Part shown: positions 22,774 to 29,981 of the stretch, piece after piece
Position numbering within the stretch: position 1 is the first letter of the stretch
How the letters are laid out: each line of letters starts with the position of its first letter
Translations under genes and position numbers: made by a program
Notes under the pieces: model-generated
What the model was told of the DNA's origin: nothing
The model's database searches: none
The model's input: the letters and a program-made list of their open reading frames with translations, nothing else
Origin: a virus
Lineage: Duplodnaviria; Caudoviricetes
Direction: 5' to 3' (one strand)
Length of the DNA: 29,981 nt
IMG/VR virus record: IMGVR_UViG_3300032212_000115
Location: 1-29,981 of that record

Positions 22774-24044
22774 AAAACCTCACCGCCTCAACACTCACTC
22801 ACTTAGAAAGTGAGGAGCTATCACTTGCGACATGCTGGAAAATACAGCCGTCAATTGGTGACGAGTCAGGCTTTACTGACTTTGACCAGGACATCACTGT
22901 ATCTGGCCTGACCTATATATCTGCAGCCGGTTATCGCGCCACATCCATTCAGTCATCAAGCTCACTATCTGTTGATAATCTTGATGTCACCGGCCTGCTA
23001 TCAGCCATCGGCATCACTGAGGTTGAGCTAAATGCGGGTAAGTATGACCAGGCGCAAGTGTGGATATTCCAAGTTAATTACAGCGACCCGACTATTTTAG
23101 TCCCTTTGAAATATGGCGTACTTGGTGAAGTCAGAACAACAGATGATTTTTTTGCAGAGTTCAGATCATTATCGCAATACCTCAGTCAAACGATAGGCGA
23201 GATCATTGTTGCGGATTGCTCTGCCGATCTTGGTGACGCTCGATGCAAGGTGGTGCTAGATACCATCCCTGCAACCGGATCGCACGAATACTGGCGAATA
23301 TACGACTACGGGGATAATGGAGGCTTTTGCCAGATCCGAGAAATAGAAATGCGCGCAACTGTCGGGGGTGCTGACCAATGCACCGGAGGCACAGCTACAG
23401 CAAGTAGTGACAACGGTTTTGATGTGGCCGCAAACGCATTTGATGACACTGCAAACTCTTGGCAAACCAGCGCATCAAGCGGCGATCATTGGGTTGAGTA
23501 CCAGTTCGCATCACCTGTAGTTGTGCTGGAAGTAATGCTGCAGGCGGCAGGCACACCATCCAGAATGCCTAATAAATTCCATATACAGCACTCAGATAAT
23601 GGCACGGACTGGACAACCTCATTCAGTTACGAGGGACAATCATGGTCAACAAACGGTGAAGAACAAACATTTGTGGCGGGGATTGTTGGCACACCCGGCG
23701 TTGATGCAACAGGCACGGTCACAAACCCGACAAGCCGATACGCCTTCACTGATACCAGCCGAACAGAGGCAGATAACTACTTTCGCTATGGCCTACTGAC
23801 GTGGACGAGTGGCAACAATAACGGCTACTCGATGGAGGTTAAAAGCTACACGCTATCGGGCACAGCATTCGAGCTATTTGAGCCGATGCCCTATGACATA
23901 CAGATAGGCGATACATACGATCTATACGCTGGTTGTGACAAACAGGCCAGTACGTGCAAAACAAAGTTTTCAAACTTCGTTAATTTCCGAGGATTCCCGA
24001 ATTGCCCCACGCAAGACAGACTATCAAAGCCGGGTGGCCAATGA
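22770..24044 (+). CDS. DUF2163/BR0599 baseplate hub protein (RcGTA g13-like) with an inserted discoidin-like domain
   Basis: CW.I...GFTD.D, CSADLGDARC, AGCDK...TC..KFSN..NFRGFP; ATG 22770 overlaps the upstream stop. Confidence 0.88.
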   Translation: MKNLTASTLTHLESEELSLATCWKIQPSIGDESGFTDFDQDITVSGLTYISAAGYRATSIQSSSSLSVDNLDVTGLLSAIGITEVELNAGKYDQAQVWIFQVNYSDPTILVPLKYGVLGEVRTTDDFFAEFRSLSQYLSQTIGEIIVADCSADLGDARCKVVLDTIPATGSHEYWRIYDYGDNGGFCQIREIEMRATVGGADQCTGGTATASSDNGFDVAANAFDDTANSWQTSASSGDHWVEYQFASPVVVLEVMLQAAGTPSRMPNKFHIQHSDNGTDWTTSFSYEGQSWSTNGEEQTFVAGIVGTPGVDATGTVTNPTSRYAFTDTSRTEADNYFRYGLLTWTSGNNNGYSMEVKSYTLSGTAFELFEPMPYDIQIGDTYDLYAGCDKQASTCKTKFSNFVNFRGFPNCPTQDRLSKPGGQ

Positions 24045-24448
24045 TAACCCCTGATGATGTTGTTCAAGCCGCGAGAGAGTGGATCGGAACACCTTACATT
24101 CATCAAGGCCGAGCAAAGGGCGCGGGTGTCGATTGCCTTGGTCTGCCGGTGGGGGTGATGCGCGGCCTGGGTGTCGATACGCCTGACCGCGATGGTTATG
24201 GTTTAGATCCGACTGGCGAATTAATGCCGGGGCTTGATGGTGAGTTGCATAGGATCGAATTACAACCCGGTGCATTAATCCTGTTTCGCATAAGGCGACA
24301 ACCTCAACACGTTGCCATCGCCACAGACATCGGAATGATTCACTCGTATATGGGTTCAAAGAAGGTGGTCGAGACAAGCATTGACAAGTGGTGGCGCGAC
24401 CGTCTTATATGCGCGTATGCCATGCCGGGGGTGAACTATGGCGAGTAG
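24041..24448 (+). CDS. NlpC/P60 tail-associated peptidase (RcGTA g14-like)
   Basis: AREWIGTPYIHQGR..G.GVDCLGL, QHVAI, MIHS. Confidence 0.9.
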   Translation: MITPDDVVQAAREWIGTPYIHQGRAKGAGVDCLGLPVGVMRGLGVDTPDRDGYGLDPTGELMPGLDGELHRIELQPGALILFRIRRQPQHVAIATDIGMIHSYMGSKKVVETSIDKWWRDRLICAYAMPGVNYGE

Positions 24449-27400
24449 TATACTCGGCTTTGCTGGTAGTCAGTTATTCGGCCCGGTCGGTGGTTTTGTC
24501 GGCGCTGTTATTGGCAACGCACTCACGCCACAGGAAGAAATAAAAAACGAAGGCCCGAGAATTTCTGATCGGCAAGTGCTTACAACCGGGTATGGTCAAG
24601 CCATCCCTATCGCGTATGGGACGGTTCAGTTATCCGGGCATGTGATCGAGCCGCAGAATTTTGAACTAGACGAAACGAAACACGAAAGCAGTAGCGGCGG
24701 TAAGGGTGGAGGCCCATCAGTTACCAATACAAGCTACAGCTATTCGGCAACCTTTGCCATGATGATTTGCAAAGGCCCGATCAATGGCGTGCGTAAAATC
24801 TGGCTAAATTCCGATCTTGTCTATGATGTCAGCGATGATGCGGATGCGGTTACGCTGGTTCAATCCAATGAAATATATGACGAGATCAGAATATATAACG
24901 GCACGGAAGATCAACAGCCCGACAGTATTCTTGAGGCGATTAACGGCGTAGGGAATACGCCCGCCTATCGGGGTTATTCGTATATGGTTGTTGATAAGTT
25001 ACAGCTTGGTAACTACGGCAACAGCCTGCCAAATATTCGTGTTGAGATCGTCGCGTCAGGAACAGAGGCGGTGGCTGATCGAGTTGCCCGAAAGAATGAC
25101 CATGATGTAGATTTTGATGATCATGTCATCGTTGGTTATGACAATGGGATCTATCGAATATGGGATCAAGTGCCTACACTCATCGGTGGCACAACAGGAA
25201 AAATACATTTAGTTGATGCAAACGGGAACTATTACGGTAGTGAGCCTGCAAAGTATCTGCCGATCCACATGGTGTCGCCTGATGCTTATCCAATCCCTAG
25301 ATCGGGGCATGTTAGCATTGGGCCGCTTGGGACTGGTTTCGCAACACAATTTCCACACCTATCATCGAACTATACAAATAACTATCCATCACCGGCTGGT
25401 ACTGCAGACCTGACTATTGCGGGGTGGCTTGAGATACCGGGCTTTGAGGATGCTTTATCTATCAGCCCCAGATTGCCACAAGATCGCCAGTTTTTAGGGG
25501 TGACGTTGAGCGCCGATCAAAAGCGCATGATCGTCGTGATGGGTGAGGTGGGTAAAAACAATACAACAAGCCACACCACTGGTGTTTGGCATATGTTCGA
25601 TGAAAATTTAGACGAGGTGGACAGTGGGACGGCGAATTTCGTTGATGCTACAGCAACCCCGTCAGGAATTGGTTTAGGTGAATTTGGTTTTGGGAATCTG
25701 GCTACTGCATTTGCCTCGTCAATGATGGAAAGTGATTATAGGCATATATGGGTTCACTACAGCGCCGGGACAGAAAACAACCGGGTATGGTGGATTGATG
25801 ACGATGGTGAGCTAGCCGTTAAGTATGAGCTGTCTATAGATGCCGCTACTGAGGGTTTCGGAACGGCCAGCATCTACGCCGATAATGGCATCATGATGGT
25901 ATGCGGTCAGAATGACGCGAACACTGACGGTCTGATTGCCACGTATTCCAGAAACCTATTAATCACCGAGACAAGCGTAACGCTGGAAAGTATTGTTGAT
26001 GACCTGCAAGCCGAGGCCGGTGTTCCTGCAGCCAGTATAGATAATTCAGCCCTGACAGATACGGTGGCAGGGTATCTTGTCGCAAGACAGACCAGCGCAA
26101 GGCAGGCCATCGAGCCGCTGCAAACAGCGTATCTATTCGACACAATAGAAAGTGATTACGCTCTAAAATCAGTCAAACGCGGCGGGGCATCAGTTGCCAC
26201 AATCCCGATAGAGGATATGGGTGCGCGCCCGTATGGCACTGAGGCAAGCTATCCGTTAGAAAAAACGCGCCTGCAAGAGATTGAGATGCCTATTGAGGTT
26301 ATCGTCAATTACCAGAATGCAAGCCGAGGCTATGAGCAAGCATCACAACGAAGTCGCAGGCTTACCCCTCAGTCATCCGAAAAGAAAACAATTGATATAC
26401 CGATCCCCATCACTGATGACAAGGCGCGTCAGTTAGCAGAGATCCTTCATTACGGATATTACTCAGAGCGCAAAGTATACCGATTCTCTTTAATGCCTAA
26501 ATACGCTTATCTCGATCCCTCTGACGTTATCACCATCACTGATGGGGCTGAGTCTATCGTGGTGCGTATTGTCAGTATGACGATGACAACAGGCGGTGCA
26601 ATAGAATGTGATGCAGTCGGTGAGCGGCCGGAAATATACCAATCATCCGCAACAGGCGCATCGACAACAGACACGATCACCATCAACCAAAGAGGGCCAA
26701 CCAAAGCAATCTATGGTGACTGGCCGATGTTCGATCAACGCGGTAATGATGAAGGTATTTATATCGCGGCTACTGGCCTGTTATCAGGCTGGACGGCAGC
26801 GGTCATATCAAAATCATCCGATGGCGGTGCGAGTTTTAATGAAGCGGCAACGGTCGCCAGTGCTGCATCAATGGGCTACACAACCGACACCCTTGCGGAT
26901 GGCCCTGTAGAAACATTTGACTACGGCAACACCGTCAATGTCTTTATGACGGGTGGGGCAACACTGTCATCATCAACCAAGGCCAATGTATTGAATGGCG
27001 CTAATCCGATAATGATCGGGTCAGAGTTGATTCAGTTTGTCACCGCAACACTTGAAACCGATGGCAGTTATACGCTGTCGACATTGCTGCGAGGTCGCAA
27101 GGGCACTGAATGGGCCACGGGCGGTCATGACGATGGCGAGGATGCAGTTCTCATCAATGAAAACCTGACCCGGACGATGGCAACGCTGAACGCGGAACAT
27201 CAATACAAGGCAACAACGGTCGGCAATTTCGTTGCTGACTCGTATGAGCAGGCCGTCACCTATACAGGCGTAAACCTGAAACCCTACAGCCCGGCACATA
27301 TCAAAGGCACGCGAGACTCAAGCGATGACATATCAATCGAATGGGTGAGGCGGTCACGCTTTGGCGCTGTGCCCTTATGGTCGCCGCAGTTGGGCGAAGA

Positions 27401-27599
27401 AACAGAAGAATACGAGCTTGATATATACAACGGCTCCACGATTGTTCGGGCGATCACAGGGCTGACATCGCCTGCATATACCTACGACTCAGCCGATCAG
27501 GTCACTGATTTCGGCTCGGCACAAGCAAGCGTAGACATTATCGTTTATCAGAAATCGGCCATTATTGGCCGGGGTTACGCCGGGAGCGCGACAGTATGA
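24438..27599 (+). CDS. Central tail/host-specificity protein (RcGTA g15/lambda J-like)
   Basis: EGPR, YG..IP..YG, PAYRG, LP..V.V.Y, LDPSD, LLRGRKGTE, W.RRSR, E.YELDI. Confidence 0.88.
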   Translation: MASSILGFAGSQLFGPVGGFVGAVIGNALTPQEEIKNEGPRISDRQVLTTGYGQAIPIAYGTVQLSGHVIEPQNFELDETKHESSSGGKGGGPSVTNTSYSYSATFAMMICKGPINGVRKIWLNSDLVYDVSDDADAVTLVQSNEIYDEIRIYNGTEDQQPDSILEAINGVGNTPAYRGYSYMVVDKLQLGNYGNSLPNIRVEIVASGTEAVADRVARKNDHDVDFDDHVIVGYDNGIYRIWDQVPTLIGGTTGKIHLVDANGNYYGSEPAKYLPIHMVSPDAYPIPRSGHVSIGPLGTGFATQFPHLSSNYTNNYPSPAGTADLTIAGWLEIPGFEDALSISPRLPQDRQFLGVTLSADQKRMIVVMGEVGKNNTTSHTTGVWHMFDENLDEVDSGTANFVDATATPSGIGLGEFGFGNLATAFASSMMESDYRHIWVHYSAGTENNRVWWIDDDGELAVKYELSIDAATEGFGTASIYADNGIMMVCGQNDANTDGLIATYSRNLLITETSVTLESIVDDLQAEAGVPAASIDNSALTDTVAGYLVARQTSARQAIEPLQTAYLFDTIESDYALKSVKRGGASVATIPIEDMGARPYGTEASYPLEKTRLQEIEMPIEVIVNYQNASRGYEQASQRSRRLTPQSSEKKTIDIPIPITDDKARQLAEILHYGYYSERKVYRFSLMPKYAYLDPSDVITITDGAESIVVRIVSMTMTTGGAIECDAVGERPEIYQSSATGASTTDTITINQRGPTKAIYGDWPMFDQRGNDEGIYIAATGLLSGWTAAVISKSSDGGASFNEAATVASAASMGYTTDTLADGPVETFDYGNTVNVFMTGGATLSSSTKANVLNGANPIMIGSELIQFVTATLETDGSYTLSTLLRGRKGTEWATGGHDDGEDAVLINENLTRTMATLNAEHQYKATTVGNFVADSYEQAVTYTGVNLKPYSPAHIKGTRDSSDDISIEWVRRSRFGAVPLWSPQLGEETEEYELDIYNGSTIVRAITGLTSPAYTYDSADQVTDFGSAQASVDIIVYQKSAIIGRGYAGSATV

Positions 27600-28135
27600 C
27601 AACACCGATCACCAAATTAGATGAGCTTGCCGATCAGCAAGACAGCCCACACGCCACAGTCAATGAGGCGTTTCGGCAATTAGAAGGCCGCACGGTCAAG
27701 GTTAAATCAAAGACCACCACAGCCGAGCCGGGTAGCCCTGCCGAGGGTGATAGCTATGTGATCCCGGCCAGTGCAACAGGAACAAACTGGTCAACCTATA
27801 CACAAGATGACATCGCGCAGTATATCGGCGGCGCTTGGCAGAACGTCACACCTGTCGAGGGCTGGCGTGTATGGGTCGATGATGAGGATCTAGTTTCTAA
27901 ATACAACGGCACTGATTGGGTTGGCGCAATCACTGAGGACGTGAACAACAATGTCACGGTCGGTGAGGCTTCACTTGCAACAACCGCGACAGATGGATTT
28001 CTTTATATCCCATCCTGTGCAGGAACACCGACAGGCACGCCGACATCAAAAACAGGATTTGCCCCACTGGTTATTGATTCAACAAACAACAAGCTCTATG
28101 CCTACATTGGCGGCGCTTGGCGGGTTATGAACTAA
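27596..28135 (+). CDS. DUF2793-domain tail fibre protein
   Basis: QQ...HATVNEA...L, PGSPAEGDSYVI...ATG.W, GAW..V.P.EGWRVWV.DE. Confidence 0.82.
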   Translation: MTTPITKLDELADQQDSPHATVNEAFRQLEGRTVKVKSKTTTAEPGSPAEGDSYVIPASATGTNWSTYTQDDIAQYIGGAWQNVTPVEGWRVWVDDEDLVSKYNGTDWVGAITEDVNNNVTVGEASLATTATDGFLYIPSCAGTPTGTPTSKTGFAPLVIDSTNNKLYAYIGGAWRVMN

Positions 28136-28151
28136 ACGAGAGGCTGGATAA

Positions 28152-28376
28152 ATGTCTGATCATACTGACACACAAGAAGAAATAAAAAAGCTACGTGCAG
28201 AATTTAATGAGTTTCGCACTGAGATGCATGAGCTTTTAGATATATTCAGAGCATCGAAGGGCTTTATTAAAGTGGCGGGGCGAATCGGCCAGCTCATTAA
28301 ATGGGCGGCGGGTTTAGGGATCAGCATCGGGGCGCTTTGGTACTTCCTGAAAACGGGGCATTGGCCAGAGCATTAG
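28152..28376 (+). CDS. Putative holin / single-TM protein
   Basis: Coiled N-terminus plus hydrophobic WAAGLGISIGALWYFL; directly upstream of the lysozyme. Confidence 0.55.
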   Translation: MSDHTDTQEEIKKLRAEFNEFRTEMHELLDIFRASKGFIKVAGRIGQLIKWAAGLGISIGALWYFLKTGHWPEH

Positions 28377-28377
28377 C

Positions 28378-28791
28378 ATGAATAAAGAATTAATACTTGA
28401 CCTGCTAAAGCTTCATGAGGGTTTGAGGCTGAAACCTTACTTGTGCAGCGCGGGGAAATTAACCATTGGCTACGGCCATAACCTCGACAACCCAATCACC
28501 GAAGAAGTTGCGGAGGCTATTCTAATGACAGATATGGCTCATGCAATCAGGGATTGTATTTTTCTCGAATACTGGCCGCATCTTTCCGAAGTTCGACAGG
28601 CTGTGATCGTCGATATGGTTTTTAATCTCGGGTTCTCACGGTTTAGAAAGTTCAAGAAAATGAACGCGGCGATAAATAAACGTGATTACAAAACTGCTGC
28701 AGAGGAGCTTCTCAATTCGCGGTACGCAAGACAAGTTGGCAGCAGGGCAACACGGTTGGCAAAGATGATGGAAACTAACAAAGCACCATAG
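28378..28791 (+). CDS. Endolysin, GH24/T4-like lysozyme
   Basis: HEGLRLKPYLCSAGKLTIGYGHNL (E-8x-C-5x-T), DMVFNLG, F.KM, S.YARQVG.RA. Confidence 0.92.
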   Translation: MNKELILDLLKLHEGLRLKPYLCSAGKLTIGYGHNLDNPITEEVAEAILMTDMAHAIRDCIFLEYWPHLSEVRQAVIVDMVFNLGFSRFRKFKKMNAAINKRDYKTAAEELLNSRYARQVGSRATRLAKMMETNKAP

Positions 28792-28800
28792 GTGAATAAC

Positions 28801-29064
28801 ATGAGATTAATTCTGATGGCCGCTATTGCGGCTTTTTTTCTGTCTGGTTGTGCGGTTCTAGGTGAGGCTGTTGATTATCTTGGCTTGAAGCGTGACCAGT
28901 TTGCTAGGGCGGAATTTGCGGATGCTATTGAACGGGCGTGCTCTGCAAACTTGGATGAGGTTATTGCTAAATATGGCAATGATGCCGAGGATTGGAAGGC
29001 GTTTCTGAGAACGTGCCGATATGATCAGAGCCAGAAAGACCTGCCAAGCAATGCAGTAAAATGA
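28801..29064 (+). CDS. Lipoprotein (possible spanin component)
   Basis: MRLILMAAIAAFFLSG|C lipobox; two further Cys; alternative GTG start at 28792. Confidence 0.7.
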   Translation: MRLILMAAIAAFFLSGCAVLGEAVDYLGLKRDQFARAEFADAIERACSANLDEVIAKYGNDAEDWKAFLRTCRYDQSQKDLPSNAVK

Positions 29065-29462
29065 AATACCAAGACGGGTTTAAATATCAACTTGCTGGAA
29101 CGGTCAAAGTACAAATCCCCGTTTATCCCTCAGAGGACATTGATACACAGTTTATAAAGCTCAGTCGCGGCGGCGTGCTAACTATCCTAACAGGATACGC
29201 ATGGGATGGCCCAAGTGGGCCGACCTTCGATACGGCAAATTTCATGCGCGGATCATTAGTGCATGACGCGCTTTATGAGTTGATGCGAAAGCAATTGCTT
29301 TCTATTAAGTGGCGCAAACCTGCAGACAGAATCATGCAGCGTATTTGTATCGAGGATGGAATGACGCGAGCACGCGCTTGGTGGGTGTACACGGGTCTGC
29401 AGATTGCAGGCGGTGAAGCGGCTCTGCCCGGAAATAAAAAACCGATTTTGGAGGCTCCATGA
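29061..29462 (+). CDS. DUF1353-like protein
   Basis: GYAWDGPS, GSLVHDALY, R..AD......C...GM...RA. Confidence 0.7.
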   Translation: MKYQDGFKYQLAGTVKVQIPVYPSEDIDTQFIKLSRGGVLTILTGYAWDGPSGPTFDTANFMRGSLVHDALYELMRKQLLSIKWRKPADRIMQRICIEDGMTRARAWWVYTGLQIAGGEAALPGNKKPILEAP

Positions 29463-29758
29463 AGAAACTCATATTTATTATTTTGTTCATGCTCACGGGT
29501 TGTGTCAGTGCTCCCCCGGCCACTGAAAAACCAAAACAGGAAGCAGTGGAGTCAGCCGCGATGATGATTACAGGATGCGGTCATACCGCGGCCTTTATGT
29601 GGATATACGAAGGGCTTGTTTATTTCGCCACTATTCAGCACTTGCGCGATGACAGTGAGCTGATGAATAAACTCATCTACTCACTTGAACGATCACAAGG
29701 CGCTGATTCTTTTGAAATCGCTGAACATGCGCCTGTTATCTGCCCTAAAGGCGCTTAG
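29459..29758 (+). CDS. Lipoprotein
   Basis: MKKLIFIILFMLTG|C lipobox; GGAGG SD; ATGA coupling. Confidence 0.7.
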   Translation: MKKLIFIILFMLTGCVSAPPATEKPKQEAVESAAMMITGCGHTAAFMWIYEGLVYFATIQHLRDDSELMNKLIYSLERSQGADSFEIAEHAPVICPKGA

Positions 29759-29831
29759 TCAAAACCTAGATCGTTTTGATTGCTTTGCTTATGGCTTGGC
29801 GTTCGGTTTCTTTATTGGGGTTCTGATATGA
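29727..29831 (+). CDS. Possible 34-aa membrane peptide
   Basis: MRLLSALKALSQNLDRFDCFAYGLAFGFFIGVLI*; fills the gap and its stop overlaps the next ATG (ATGA); no clear SD. Confidence 0.4.
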   Translation: MRLLSALKALSQNLDRFDCFAYGLAFGFFIGVLI

Positions 29832-29981
29832 AAAAGAAACTTATAGAGGTCACATGGCAGGACATCGAGTGTCAGCCAGGGTGGCAAGATGATGACAGCA
29901 AACCCCTCCCCATTCTCAAATCATACGGGTTACTTATCCGTAAAGGCAATCCGCTAAAAATAGCCTCAACTTACGATAAAG
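29828..29981 (+). CDS. Hypothetical protein, 3'-truncated by the window end
   Basis: MKKKLIEVTWQDIECQPGW...KSYGLL..., open to the end of the window. Confidence 0.6.
   Translation, partial: MKKKLIEVTWQDIECQPGWQDDDSKPLPILKSYGLLIRKGNPLKIASTYDK

Noticed and set aside
6615-27299. Numerous 60-180 aa minus-strand and off-frame ORFs within structural genes
   Set aside because: No motifs or clear SDs; they overlap well-supported genes and are expected by chance at ~50% GC

Overview
The window is a ~30 kb segment of a temperate-type tailed phage (siphovirus) genome or prophage, roughly 50% GC, most likely from a proteobacterial host. Almost everything is on the + strand. 1-5.0 kb is the end of a nin-like early region: a dATP/dGTP diphosphohydrolase-like protein, a C5 cytosine methyltransferase with a nested second-frame subunit, an MT-A70 methyltransferase, DUF1367/DUF1364, a VRR-NUC-like nuclease and a Q-like antiterminator. 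A pR'/tR'-like control region follows, then an antisense secreted-protein gene, HNH, a cos-like site and an HK97-type head module (terminases, portal, protease, capsid). A ~5.6 kb accessory block sits between the capsid and head-tail connector genes. Next come the neck/tail genes with the canonical G/GT frameshift, an RcGTA-like tail tip (DUF2460, DUF2163, NlpC/P60, g15-like, DUF2793) and a lysis region. The most notable part is the accessory block. A start-less ORF largely missed by the ORF track (11620-12210) encodes a Maf/CstII-like (sialyltransferase-fold) protein. It appears reachable only by a -1 frameshift at A_AAA_AAG from the small capsid-adjacent gene. It is followed by a SAM methyltransferase, a KpsC/KpsS-like glycosyltransferase and putative head-fibre genes with Thr-rich repeats. 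Together these form a candidate virion-glycosylation system. All family calls come from motif recognition by eye; no database searches were run.
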